Positions 1 to 10,359 are shown, counted from the stretch's first letter. The stretch is DNA of 64,000 nt from Candidatus Kerfeldbacteria bacterium (GCA_903825245.1 CAIJZX010000031.1:14413-78412); one strand, 5' to 3'. A program made the numbers and translations. Notes: generated by a model from the sequence alone, not told the origin.

Positions 1-516
1 GCAGCGAGCAGTAAGGCCGCCGATCAGATTCGAAAAAAAGTCGGCGATAATACGCCCGGCACATATGTCATTCTCACGCCCGCCAGTGTCGTCAGCGCCC
101 CGAAACCAGAAGTCCCGAGCACCAGTTACCAAGTCACGGTCACCGAAAACGTCAGCACCATCACCTACTCCGCCGATCGCCTGCAAGACCTGATTCACAT
201 CGAACTCCAACGCCAACTCGCGGACGGCCAACAACTTGATTCGGTGGCAATGCCGAGTTTGAGCATGCCGAATGCACCGACAGCGACTCAGGCCAACATT
301 TCCGTGGAAGCAACGGGAACGGCGAGTTTATCATCGTCAGCCGCTCTCTTGAGCCCAACCTCATTCGTCAGTATGACCGCTTCAACAATTCAAACAAAAC
401 TTACGGGGACTGACGACATAAAGTCCGTTGTTATTCATCTTTCGCCCTGGTGGCGGACAACGACATCGGATCAGGTTGATCGCATAACCGTTTTGTTGGC
501 CAAACCAAAGTCGTAA
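1..516 (+). CDS. 3' part of a hypothetical protein (5' end outside window), resembling the C-terminus of CPR baseplate-J-like proteins
   Basis: Frame 1 is open from base 1 to TAA at 514-516; ends ...VVIHLSPWWRTT..DRITV; family call from memory. Confidence 0.55.
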   Translation, partial: AASSKAADQIRKKVGDNTPGTYVILTPASVVSAPKPEVPSTSYQVTVTENVSTITYSADRLQDLIHIELQRQLADGQQLDSVAMPSLSMPNAPTATQANISVEATGTASLSSSAALLSPTSFVSMTASTIQTKLTGTDDIKSVVIHLSPWWRTTTSDQVDRITVLLAKPKS

Positions 517-551
517 ATTCTCCACTGCACAATAGCGCATAGAATGCTGGT

Positions 552-580
552 TTGACGTAAAGTCACCACTGACGTACACT
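552..580 (+). promoter_or_regulatory. sigma70-type promoter of the thrS leader
   Basis: TTGACG (552-557), 17 bp, TACACT (575-580). Confidence 0.75.
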
Positions 581-585
581 GACGG

Positions 586-765
586 CACTGGAAAATTGTT
601 TACCCCACCACGGTACAGCCGCACAGCGGCGCCACAATCGGCCTAATTCCAGCGACAAATTGAAAGCGCTCGCCGAAGCCTAAGGCAAAGGTGAGAATCT
701 GGGTGGAACCATCCCGACACGTATCGGGATCCCAAGCATCATATTCTGATGGTTGGTTCTTTCGT
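586..765 (+). ncRNA. T-box riboswitch (tRNA-Thr sensing leader of thrS)
   Basis: AATCTGGGTGGAACC T-box at 696-710; antiterminator TGGG/CCCA with UGGAACC bulge and ATCCCGA/TCGGGAT helix; competing terminator CCAAGCATCA-tattc-TGATGGTTGG followed by TTCTTT; directly upstream of an aminoacyl-tRNA synthetase. Confidence 0.85.
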
Positions 766-787
766 TCATATCTCTCATTTATTTCCT

Positions 788-2545
788 ATGACACAATCCA
801 CCAAACCCACAATCGAACAAATCCGACACACCCTCGCCCACTTGCTCGCGCATGCCGTGCAAGATCAATTCGCCCATGCCAAATTCGCCATCGGGCCGAC
901 GATTGAAAATGGTTTTTATTATGACCTTGAGCTAGACCGGCCGTTAACGCCGGATGATTTGAAACCGTTAGAAAAACGAATGAAGCACCTGGTGAAACAG
1001 CGACTGGCCATGGAGCGCATTGACACTAGCGCGCCGGGCGTACAGGAGTTTGTCGCCACCCAACCGTATAAACAGGAATTACTCGCCGACCTGAAAGCGA
1101 AAAACGAAACGGCGACGTTTTACAAAATCGGTTCCTTTATCGATCTCTGTCGCGGTGGCCACGTCACGTCGAGCGCCGACATTAATCCTGACGCCTTTCA
1201 ATTAACCCACATTGCCGGCGCATACTGGCGCGGTGACAGCACTAAGCCGATGCTCCAACGCATTTACGGTGTCGCCTTCGCAACCCGAGAAGAACTCCTG
1301 GCCTACATCGCCCAGCAAGCTGAAGCGAAGAAACGCGACCACAAGGTCCTCGGCCCAGAACTCGACCTCTTTACCTTCTCCGACCTTGTCGGTAGCGGCT
1401 TACCACTGTGGACGCCGAAAGGCACGATGATTCGTAACCTCCTCGACAGTTTCGTTTGGGAATTGCGCCAAGCTGTCGGCTATGAACAAGTTGATATTCC
1501 GCACATCACGAAGAAAGATCTCTACGAAAAGAGCGGCCATTGGCAAAAGTTCCAAGATGAACTTTTTAAGATCACCACTCGCGAAGGACACATCTTCGCG
1601 ATGAAACCGATGAATTGTCCGCACCACACGCAAATTTACGCCCGCAAGCAATTCTCCTACCGCGAACTGCCGCAACGATATGCCTCGACCACGAAAGTTT
1701 ACCGCGACGAACAAACCGGTGAACTGGCCGGGTTGTCACGCGTCCGCTCCATCACCCAAGATGACGCCCATGTCTTTTGCCGCACGTCACAAGTGGAAGC
1801 AGAAATTGAAAAGATTTGGAAAATCATTAAGACATTCTACAAAGCCGCCGGTTTTACTCTCACCTTGCGTTTATCGTTCCACGATCCGAAACATCCGGAA
1901 AAATATCTCGGCGGAAAAGAGAGCTGGAAGAAAGCCGAGGCCACGCTTCGCTCCATCGTGAAAAAAGCAAAAGTGCAAGCCGATGAAGCAATTGGTGAGG
2001 CGGCCTTCTACGGTCCGAAGATGGACTTCATGGCGAAAGACAGCCTGGGACGAGAATGGCAAGTCGCCACCATCCAACTCGATATGAACTTGCCGGAGCG
2101 ATTTAATCTGACATGCATCAACGAACAAGGAGAACATGAACGCATCGTCATGATCCATGCCGCCATCATGGGTTCCATCGAACGCTATCTAGCAATTCTC
2201 ATCGAACACTTCGCCGGAGCATTCCCATTGTGGTTATCGCCAATCCAAGTACAAGTTATCCCAGTCGCTAAGAAGCATAACGCCATCGCTAAGAAGTTAA
2301 CGAAGCAATTGACAGATGCCGGTATTCGCGTTCATCACGACGACATTGACGAAACGGTCGGCTACAAAATTCGCAAAGCTGAAAAGGCGAAAGTACCATA
2401 TATGATTGTCGTCGGCGATAAGGAAAAGTCGTTAACGAAATTAGCAATACGCGTGCGCGGGAAAAAGCAGGTCAAGATGGTGACGTTGAAAACTTGGATT
2501 CCGGCGCTGCAGGCCGGAGTCACCAAGCGTTCAATCGGTCTCTAG
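788..2545 (+). CDS. thrS: Threonine--tRNA ligase (short form, no N-terminal TGS domain)
   Basis: RHTLAHLLA, DLCRGGH, KPMNCPHH, AFYGPK, HAAIMGSIER motifs; start moved to ATG 788, downstream of the leader terminator. Confidence 0.97.
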   Translation: MTQSTKPTIEQIRHTLAHLLAHAVQDQFAHAKFAIGPTIENGFYYDLELDRPLTPDDLKPLEKRMKHLVKQRLAMERIDTSAPGVQEFVATQPYKQELLADLKAKNETATFYKIGSFIDLCRGGHVTSSADINPDAFQLTHIAGAYWRGDSTKPMLQRIYGVAFATREELLAYIAQQAEAKKRDHKVLGPELDLFTFSDLVGSGLPLWTPKGTMIRNLLDSFVWELRQAVGYEQVDIPHITKKDLYEKSGHWQKFQDELFKITTREGHIFAMKPMNCPHHTQIYARKQFSYRELPQRYASTTKVYRDEQTGELAGLSRVRSITQDDAHVFCRTSQVEAEIEKIWKIIKTFYKAAGFTLTLRLSFHDPKHPEKYLGGKESWKKAEATLRSIVKKAKVQADEAIGEAAFYGPKMDFMAKDSLGREWQVATIQLDMNLPERFNLTCINEQGEHERIVMIHAAIMGSIERYLAILIEHFAGAFPLWLSPIQVQVIPVAKKHNAIAKKLTKQLTDAGIRVHHDDIDETVGYKIRKAEKAKVPYMIVVGDKEKSLTKLAIRVRGKKQVKMVTLKTWIPALQAGVTKRSIGL

Positions 2546-2546
2546 T

Positions 2547-3506
2547 ATGAACTGGACCGTTCATACTTGCCCGATTGACGACAATCTCGACATGCGGGCA
2601 GAGTTTTTAGTACGTAGCCGTCAGTACGAATTTGCAGTTGTGCGGTGTAAACGATGTGGATTACGCATGGTCAACCCTCAACCTCCAGCTGATATTCTCA
2701 ACTCTTTTTATGATACTGAGTACTATGGGAAACAAGCGGTGAAGTTTATTCCACTCATCCAATATTTACGGCGCCTATCTATTAAAAAAAAGGTTCGTGA
2801 CATCATGTCCCGTCAAAAGCGTGAATTCGGCAAGGCTTTGGATATCGGCTGTGCCGATGGCTCGTTTCTGTTTAATATTAAGCAACGGCAATGGGATACA
2901 GCCGGTCTTGAAATTTCGCCGACATTCCAAAAGAACTCCCATCTCGAGGAATTAAACATTATCATCGGCGATCTTGCTGATCAACACATTCCGGATCAAA
3001 CCGTTGATGTTGTAACTTTGTGGCACGTTTTCGAACATTTAGATGACCCGAATCGCTACTTGCGGGAAATAAAGCGTATGCTTGCTCCAGGTGGACTGGT
3101 GGTATTAACCGTTCCTAATAGCGACAGCTGGCAAGCGAAGCTATTTGGACAAGATTGGTTTCACCTTGATGTACCACGCCACCTTTACCATTACACGCCT
3201 TCCACGATAGCTAAAATTATTGCCCCCCATGGATTTCAGATTGAAGGAATTGAACATTTTTCCCTCGAATACAATCCCTACGGATATCTTCAAAGTTTTT
3301 TCAATCGAGTTCTACGAGACGATAATCGTTTCTACGACGCTCTAAAAAATATTCGTTCGATTCGGCCAACAACTTTTTGGCGAAACATCATCTGTGCCCT
3401 GCTTACGCCGATACTTGTAATCCCGGCTATCATCATGGCTTGGATTGAGGCCCAAATGGGTCACGGCGGTACAATTAGGGTGTATATAAAAAATACTGGT
3501 TCATGA
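2547..3506 (+). CDS. Class I SAM-dependent methyltransferase with N-terminal Cys motif
   Basis: LDIGCADG, TLWHVFEHL, HLDVPRHLYHY; CxxC near N-terminus. Confidence 0.9.
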   Translation: MNWTVHTCPIDDNLDMRAEFLVRSRQYEFAVVRCKRCGLRMVNPQPPADILNSFYDTEYYGKQAVKFIPLIQYLRRLSIKKKVRDIMSRQKREFGKALDIGCADGSFLFNIKQRQWDTAGLEISPTFQKNSHLEELNIIIGDLADQHIPDQTVDVVTLWHVFEHLDDPNRYLREIKRMLAPGGLVVLTVPNSDSWQAKLFGQDWFHLDVPRHLYHYTPSTIAKIIAPHGFQIEGIEHFSLEYNPYGYLQSFFNRVLRDDNRFYDALKNIRSIRPTTFWRNIICALLTPILVIPAIIMAWIEAQMGHGGTIRVYIKNTGS

Positions 3507-5077
3507 GCGTCGTTTCTTTTCTATCACACCATCGTTTGCGTTTATGTTGGGCTATCGGTTTTTTAATTATTGGTTGGTCACTTTGGCAAACTATCTTTAC
3601 CACTGGATCACCGATGAGTGCTTACGGCAATCTTGGCGACGAAGCAGTGATGGTTCAGGCAGCAGAGCGAATTTATCACGGCCAAGTTCCGCATCGTGAT
3701 TTTTATTCATATCCGCCCGGCACCGCTTATTACCCTTTGGCAGGCTGGTTCTATGTTTTTGGCGATCGTTACATTGTCGTAAGAATGTTCTCTTTTGCTA
3801 CCGCCCTAGGAATTTGTCTCAGTCTATGGTGGATCGCCCATCGACTTACCTCATGGGGATCAACACTACCACCACTTATCTTTTCACTCCTCATTTTCCC
3901 TTTCTGGCCTTTTGTCTCCTACCATTGGACATTCCTCTTGCTGGCGCTCATCTCAACGGGCTTTCTAACCGGACCGCCAACGCGAAAACGTTGGCTGTCT
4001 GCTGGTATCAGTATGGGGTTGTGTTTCTTGATTTTACCGAATAAGGCACTAGCTTTATTTGCTGCACAAGTTTTAAGTATGATTTTTTTTCGCAGACAAT
4101 TAGATTTTCGCAGTAGTGCAAAACGATATTTCTTCGGTCTGGGCGGAGTAGCTGTCCTGACCGCGTTGGTGTTAACCGCGATTCATGGTTGGCCGACGGT
4201 TTGGCAAAGTGTAGTAATCAATAACCTGCGGTACTATCCACAAACTAGCAAGACTGCCCACAATCTCACCGGACTGTTAATGCAACTCATGGCCATGCTG
4301 ATTATCAGTTTTTCACTGCCGCTCTTCTTTAGGGTAATCAAACCTGACCAACGACCAACCTACATTTTAGTTGGACTATCACATATCGCGCTACTTTGTT
4401 CGACACTCTACTTCTTTGAACACGTACACGTTTTGCAAATTTTCGGTTTCGGGGTTATCCTGTTCGTTTGGACGTATTGGCTTCTTATTAAGAAGCTATG
4501 CATTACGTTTGATGCGAAAAGCTGGGTTGTGTTTAGATGCGCACTAGCGACTCTCTGCTTTGTCTATATAATAAGCACCTTGGAAATAGGGACCTTTTAT
4601 AGATTCGCAATCTTCAATGATGTATTTGTATCAAAAAATAGACAAATTGCCTATCATACACAAAAAGGAACCATCTATAATAACCCTACGTGGAGAAGTA
4701 GCATCACCAAAGAATTGCCGATCATGGACGATATTCTTTCAACCGGTCTCCGCGGCCAACAAATTTTCATTTTACCTTTTGCACCTGGGTATTATTATTT
4801 CTACGGATTCAACAATCCAACAGCGTATGATATATTACTGAGTGATAATTTGCCTCCTGGTGAGCTCGATCGCCTCAAGACAACCCTCAATCACACGGTC
4901 GATGTGGTGGTTTATTTGCCTTATAGTTGGGGTTTATCCCCAGACTCAGATATTATGCAATGGATTCAACAAGTGTACCCCAATCGCCTGGAAACACTTG
5001 ATGGTGAAATTGTCCTTTTTGGTAAAAAACCATTTAGTACAAGTCTCACCCAATTTATGCAAGAACACCATTCATAA
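3503..5077 (+). CDS. Multi-pass membrane GT-C-fold glycosyltransferase-like protein
   Basis: GDE...G.VPHRDF..YPPG luminal motif, more than 10 hydrophobic segments; ATGA overlap with upstream gene. Confidence 0.7.
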   Translation: MSVVSFLSHHRLRLCWAIGFLIIGWSLWQTIFTTGSPMSAYGNLGDEAVMVQAAERIYHGQVPHRDFYSYPPGTAYYPLAGWFYVFGDRYIVVRMFSFATALGICLSLWWIAHRLTSWGSTLPPLIFSLLIFPFWPFVSYHWTFLLLALISTGFLTGPPTRKRWLSAGISMGLCFLILPNKALALFAAQVLSMIFFRRQLDFRSSAKRYFFGLGGVAVLTALVLTAIHGWPTVWQSVVINNLRYYPQTSKTAHNLTGLLMQLMAMLIISFSLPLFFRVIKPDQRPTYILVGLSHIALLCSTLYFFEHVHVLQIFGFGVILFVWTYWLLIKKLCITFDAKSWVVFRCALATLCFVYIISTLEIGTFYRFAIFNDVFVSKNRQIAYHTQKGTIYNNPTWRSSITKELPIMDDILSTGLRGQQIFILPFAPGYYYFYGFNNPTAYDILLSDNLPPGELDRLKTTLNHTVDVVVYLPYSWGLSPDSDIMQWIQQVYPNRLETLDGEIVLFGKKPFSTSLTQFMQEHHS

Positions 5078-5082
5078 CTCAT

Positions 5083-5916
5083 ATGCCAAGATTTACCGGC
5101 GAACGCATTATTCCTGACACTCCTTCCCTTCAATATACGTTTGCTCGTCACGAAGTCGTATATCGTGCCATCGCTAACCATCTCAAGCATCAACAGGTCA
5201 TAGATTGCGGTTGCGGAGAAGGATATGGCTCCTCCATCTTGCGCCAGCAAGCAGCAGCAGTGGTTGCCATTGACCGATCACCTTCAACTATTTCTGATGC
5301 TCAGCAGAAATACGTTCACCAAGGTATAACTTTTATTCCACAGGAATTAGAGCAAACCTGGCCATTCACCCAACAATCATTTGATGCAGCGGTATGTTGT
5401 CAGGTTATTGAACACCTCAAAATCCCCGAACTTCTCTTGCGTGAAATGTCCCGCATACTCAAGCCTTCGGGCTGGGCTGTACTGAGCACACCATTCCGTC
5501 CAACGTTTTCTCCCACCGGGGATATACTTGATCCCTATCATTTCCACGAATATGATCGGCAGGAGTACGAACAGCTCTTGAGAAAATTTTTTCCGACAGT
5601 TTCCATCTATGCCTTGACTGGTAACCAGATCATTATTGACCATCTCCATCGCGATATTTCTTCAATCCGTCGCATTGTAGCCCTTGACCTATTCCGACTC
5701 CGCCGCTGGCTTCCCTTGTCAATAAAACAATGGTGCTACGATGTAGGTTTGAACACCGTCAGACGACTCCAGTATGCCTCGGGTACGGTACGACCGGTTA
5801 CAATTCAAGATTTTCGAATTACTGCTAAACAGATTCCTGATGACCATGTACTCGACTTAATTGCCATCTGTGGTAATTCGGACGCCGTTCTACCAACCAT
5901 TACTTGGCCACTATAA
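5083..5916 (+). CDS. Class I SAM-dependent methyltransferase
   Basis: FTGER, IDCGCGEGYG, QVIEH, PYHFHEY motifs. Confidence 0.9.
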   Translation: MPRFTGERIIPDTPSLQYTFARHEVVYRAIANHLKHQQVIDCGCGEGYGSSILRQQAAAVVAIDRSPSTISDAQQKYVHQGITFIPQELEQTWPFTQQSFDAAVCCQVIEHLKIPELLLREMSRILKPSGWAVLSTPFRPTFSPTGDILDPYHFHEYDRQEYEQLLRKFFPTVSIYALTGNQIIIDHLHRDISSIRRIVALDLFRLRRWLPLSIKQWCYDVGLNTVRRLQYASGTVRPVTIQDFRITAKQIPDDHVLDLIAICGNSDAVLPTITWPL

Positions 5917-5919
5917 CGC

Positions 5920-6819
5920 ATGAAATGTCGACGACTTATTGTCCTTCTCGGTCCAACAGCTTCAGGCAAAACATCACTGAGCATTACACTCGCTAAACGG
6001 TTTCATGGCATTGTTATCTCTGCAGATTCCCGCCAAGTATATCGCGGTATGAATTTAGGTACAGGCAAGGTAACAAAACGAGAAATGTCCGGTGTGCCTC
6101 ATTACCTGCTCGACGTCGCTTCGCCGAAATCGACCTATACCGTCGCGAAGTATGTGCGTGACGTTACACGAGTAATAAAAAAAATATCCACATCAACGCC
6201 AATATTTCTTGTCGGCGGGTCACCGTTCTACATTGATGCCCTGACGAAGCCAAATTCATTTTCTGCTGTACCGCCAAATCCTGCGCTACGACGGCGGTTG
6301 GATAAATTGAACACCGCGCCATTAATGGCGCACTTATTAAAAATGGATCCTGTGCGCGCAAAAATTATTGACCCCTTCAACCGCCGCCGCCTCATTCGCG
6401 CCATCGAAATTGCTTTTTACAAATCTCCTCCTCGCGCGAGGAAAGACGCAAAGGTGGCTGCGATGCCAGAAATGAAAATCCTCAAACTCGGCGTCGCTAT
6501 AAACAAAGCTCAACTCCACCGCAACATTGACCACCGTGTTGACGTTCGCATGCGGCAAGGCATGGAATGGGAAGTACAACGGTTGCATGACAGCGGCGTG
6601 TCGTGGAAAAAACTTGATGATTTCGGATTAGAATATCGTTTTTTATCGCGTTATCTACGCGGCCAAATTTCGAAAAGTGACGCTGATTCGCAACTCAAAT
6701 TCGCCATACGTCATTTTGCAAAACGGCAAATGACGTGGTGGAAACAAGATAACGAAATTCACTGGATTTCAACATCAGCAGGCGCGACCGCCATCATTCA
6801 AAAATGGATAAGAGAATAA
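5920..6819 (+). CDS. miaA: tRNA dimethylallyltransferase
   Basis: GPTASGKT, SADSRQVY, RRLIRAIE, AKRQMTW. Confidence 0.96.
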   Translation: MKCRRLIVLLGPTASGKTSLSITLAKRFHGIVISADSRQVYRGMNLGTGKVTKREMSGVPHYLLDVASPKSTYTVAKYVRDVTRVIKKISTSTPIFLVGGSPFYIDALTKPNSFSAVPPNPALRRRLDKLNTAPLMAHLLKMDPVRAKIIDPFNRRRLIRAIEIAFYKSPPRARKDAKVAAMPEMKILKLGVAINKAQLHRNIDHRVDVRMRQGMEWEVQRLHDSGVSWKKLDDFGLEYRFLSRYLRGQISKSDADSQLKFAIRHFAKRQMTWWKQDNEIHWISTSAGATAIIQKWIRE

Positions 6820-8057
6820 CACTTGTTATAGGTTGCCTCATTGGTATTTTTCTACCATTGTTTGTTTCTGCAAAAACGTTAGCACCAAATCTCAAAAGCT
6901 TTCTGCAACCGATCTACACCAAGGATAGCCTGTATTTTGATGCCAATAACCACCGCTACGCCGATCCGACATATGGCCAACCAGAATGGACAACCCTACC
7001 TCCGAGTCGCGACGGTGTTTTTGCGGCTACCACGTACCAATTTCGAGCGAATAGCAGCGATGCGGCAGCTAAGAAGTATATGAAGTCGATGATCCAGCAA
7101 TCGATTACCAGGCTTTGCAAACCGGTTGTGTATGATAATTTTCAAGATTCACAAACAATGGTAGCGTTAGTCTTCCTTGAAACGAGCACGCCGTCACTGT
7201 GGACTCCTGAATTGCACCAACAATTATGGAATTGTATTACAAAAAACGCTCTTACTATTACCGAAACACGTGATACGGAAAATCGTTTATTTACCACAAT
7301 CGCTCGCTGGTCATACTTGCTTCCGCAACTCGAACAACGCGGCCTCATCTCCCACGATACAGAAACTTCCATTTCGGTCGTTCTGGCACAACGCATGGAT
7401 AGCGAAATAAAAAAAACGATTAGCCCATCGGGTTGGTATCGGGAAGGAACATCGTTTACTGTGCATTATGATATCGTTTCCGCTTACAATCTCCTACTCT
7501 ACGCCCGATGGTCGAAACAACCGAAATATGAAGTTCTGGCCAAAAAAATGTACACCAATATAAAACACATGGCCTTCCCGAACGGCATGATCGAATCCCT
7601 CATCGGCCATCGGCCAATCGGTTCCGGACCGCAAACGTACCTGATGCTCGGCGTTATGGGACGCGCCTGGAATGACCCTGATGCCGATGTGTTTTTCACC
7701 TATCTTTCGGGATCAACATTTTTTAGCGACCCGCGGTTCCCCAATCGATTGGAATACCACTACACCATCAACGATATTCCCGGCCTTAAACCGCTCTTCC
7801 ACGACGACATTGCTTTTTCTGATGTCGGCGAAACCGCTCGTCACCTACCGGGGCTGGCTATCAACCAACCCATTGTTCAGCAAAAGAAACTGCAACCTAT
7901 GGGAAATCTTTCTGACCGCGATTTCACAATTGTCCGGTCGAGTTCGAAGGTAACGATTACCGACCATGTTTTGAAAACCGTCACCACCGTCAAACAACGT
8001 CTTGACGGAATTCATACTGCCCTAACAAAAAAGGCCTTACCGAAAAACAAAAAATAG
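6804..8057 (+). CDS. Secreted hypothetical protein
   Basis: 417 aa ORF with N-terminal signal peptide; family not recognised. Confidence 0.7.
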   Translation: MDKRITLVIGCLIGIFLPLFVSAKTLAPNLKSFLQPIYTKDSLYFDANNHRYADPTYGQPEWTTLPPSRDGVFAATTYQFRANSSDAAAKKYMKSMIQQSITRLCKPVVYDNFQDSQTMVALVFLETSTPSLWTPELHQQLWNCITKNALTITETRDTENRLFTTIARWSYLLPQLEQRGLISHDTETSISVVLAQRMDSEIKKTISPSGWYREGTSFTVHYDIVSAYNLLLYARWSKQPKYEVLAKKMYTNIKHMAFPNGMIESLIGHRPIGSGPQTYLMLGVMGRAWNDPDADVFFTYLSGSTFFSDPRFPNRLEYHYTINDIPGLKPLFHDDIAFSDVGETARHLPGLAINQPIVQQKKLQPMGNLSDRDFTIVRSSSKVTITDHVLKTVTTVKQRLDGIHTALTKKALPKNKK

Positions 8058-8097
8058 AGCTCATCCAAGAGTTATGTAAGACCGTGCGTTTTTCTCA

Positions 8098-9597
8098 CTA
8101 CGCCTCCAAGGCCTTCTTCAACATCTCCTGCACAACACCAGGATTGGCCTTTCCTTTTGATGCCTTCATGACTTGGCCAACTAGGAACTGAAGAGCAGCT
8201 GTTTTCCCTGCCCTAACATCACTAACTACCTTTTCGTTAGTTCCGATGACACTAGTAATCATTTTTTCAAGTTCATCACTGTTACTAACTTGCTCTAAGC
8301 CTAATTCTGAAATAAGGTTTGCAATTTCAGGTTTAGAATCCGGATTTTTTTCATAAATTTCCACCAGTTTTTCATACACGATTGCCGCTCCAGATGCATT
8401 GATTGTGGAAGTATCTAAGTAATACAATAACCAAGCGAGCGATTCAGCATGTGGCTTCGGCCTTGCTTTCGAATGTTCAGTAGAAATTCTGTTAATTAGC
8501 CAGTTAGCGATTAGCCTGGTGTATTTACCCTTACCATTTTTCCAACATAGATTCCCTTTTTCAATTCCTAGAAGTTCATCAAGTATTGCTTTAAACTCAG
8601 AGACAACTGACTCAAAGTATTTTGCTGACTGGATATCTTCAACTAATACCTGGGATTGATCATTTTTTAAGTCGTACATTTCAGCAAAACGTTCCCGTCG
8701 TGCGCTTGGCAACTCCGGAATCATGCCCTGTAATTCCATCACATGCGCGTCGCTGAAAATAATCGGCGGCAAGTCCGGTTCAGGGAAATAGCGATAATCA
8801 GCAGCTTCTTCTTTTGTTCGTTGTTCAACGGTGGTTTGAGAATTTTCATCCCACCCACGCGTCGCTTGAATCTTCGGCGGCTGGCCATCTTCCCACAACG
8901 CTGTTTGACGTTCAACTTCGTAGGTTAACGCACGTTCAACCGCACGGAACGAATTGATATTTTTTATTTCCGTTTTCGGATATAACTCATCGGTTCCAAT
9001 CGGCCGCAATGAAATATTAGCATCGCATCGCAAATGACCTTTTTCCATATCCGCGTCCGACACGCCAAGGTAGCGCATAATGAGCCGTAACTCCTGCATA
9101 TACGCTTTCGCTTCTTGCGGTGTGCGAAAATCCGGTTCACTGACGATTTCCATCAACGGCGTCCCCGCTCGATTGAGATCAACAAGACTGAAACTTCCAT
9201 TGTGCAACAATTTCCCAGCATCTTCTTCTAAATGCAGTCGATGAATGCGAAAAGTTTTTTTTGTGCCATCAATTGAAACCGTGATTGAGCCTTCAAAGCC
9301 AAACGGCTTATCGTACTGGCTAATCTGATACCCTTTCGGTAGGTCGGGGTAGAAGTACGATTTACGATCGAATTTTGACTCCTGGTTGACCTTGCAACCC
9401 AGCGCCAGAGACGCCATAATCGCCCAATCAATCGCCTGCGCGTTCGGTAACGGTAAAGCGCCCGGTTGGCCAGAACAAATGTGACAAACAGCGGAATTCG
9501 GCTCCTGGTCATCGCGATTATCGCAACGGCAAAACATCTTGCTCTTCGTTTTGAGCTGGACATGCACCTCTAAACCGATAATCGTCTCGAGTTCCAT
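8098..9597 (-). CDS. gatB: Asp/Glu-tRNA amidotransferase subunit B
   Basis: IGLEVHVQL, YFYPDLPKGYQISQ, LNRAGTPLMEIV, YRYFPEPDLPP, GQVMK..KGKANP. Confidence 0.97.
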   Translation of the reverse strand: MELETIIGLEVHVQLKTKSKMFCRCDNRDDQEPNSAVCHICSGQPGALPLPNAQAIDWAIMASLALGCKVNQESKFDRKSYFYPDLPKGYQISQYDKPFGFEGSITVSIDGTKKTFRIHRLHLEEDAGKLLHNGSFSLVDLNRAGTPLMEIVSEPDFRTPQEAKAYMQELRLIMRYLGVSDADMEKGHLRCDANISLRPIGTDELYPKTEIKNINSFRAVERALTYEVERQTALWEDGQPPKIQATRGWDENSQTTVEQRTKEEAADYRYFPEPDLPPIIFSDAHVMELQGMIPELPSARRERFAEMYDLKNDQSQVLVEDIQSAKYFESVVSEFKAILDELLGIEKGNLCWKNGKGKYTRLIANWLINRISTEHSKARPKPHAESLAWLLYYLDTSTINASGAAIVYEKLVEIYEKNPDSKPEIANLISELGLEQVSNSDELEKMITSVIGTNEKVVSDVRAGKTAALQFLVGQVMKASKGKANPGVVQEMLKKALEA

Positions 9598-9644
9598 AGT
9601 ACCGATACTCTACCAGATTTTTGAGAAAGAAAAAAGGTCAAGCG

Positions 9645-9998
9645 CTAGGAGGCCTGACCGATGGAAACCTTGATACCGTGCCCACTGAGAAGCAGACACG
9701 TCTCGGAACAAGACTCGCAACCACAGTTGAAGATATGGTCGAATGCTGCGTTCCAAACATGTACCTTCGGCACCTCACCCTGAAACATACTCGTAATTGC
9801 CTTGGCCGCTGAAGCGCAGTCCAACTTGACTTTATGCGACTCACGAATGATATCGAGAACTCCACTACAACCCTCGCACATCATTGCCTTTCTCAAAACT
9901 TCAGTATCTTGATTCTCCCACGCCCCTACCAACACATCATAGTTGTAATGTGTACAGTGGAACGGGTTACGACTGTCAAGAGCAACATGAAAAGTCAT
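9645..9998 (-). CDS. Hypothetical Cys/His-rich protein (solitary cassette gene)
   Basis: AAGGAGG 5 nt before ATG 9998; own promoter TTGACG-17-TAGTAT; CxxC motifs. Confidence 0.6.
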   Translation of the reverse strand: MTFHVALDSRNPFHCTHYNYDVLVGAWENQDTEVLRKAMMCEGCSGVLDIIRESHKVKLDCASAAKAITSMFQGEVPKVHVWNAAFDHIFNCGCESCSETCLLLSGHGIKVSIGQAS

Positions 9999-10260
9999 GG
10001 TTCCCTCCTTTGGAATGAACAATAAAACCGATGGCCTCGATACTACTCCGACCATGATTTCGCGTCAAGTATTCTTCTGAGGTTTTCGGTTGTAACGCTT
10101 TGTCTTATCCTAGAATCTCTACTTCGTATTCATCGAAATAATCAGAACATCGAAAAATACCACGCGACTAGTTATTAAACGTAGCCGTAGAATTATTATC
10201 GACATAACCTTGGGAACGCGATCTCCCCGCTCCCCATCGCCCGACCATCACCTCAGCCAA

Positions 10261-10312
10261 AGAGACAAGTATTGGTGGCACCCCAGACACAGTTGGTGAA
10301 TGGAACCACTGG
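10261..10312. repeat. Copy 1 of non-coding motif AGAGACAAnTnTTGGTGGC...GTTGG..AATGGAA...CTGGC
   Basis: 17 of 19 nt identical to 12788-12806, with a shared downstream block. Confidence 0.6.
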
Positions 10313-10359
10313 CATCGGCCGCCGGAACGACGGAGAACGGGGAGACGGCCACCGCCGGA

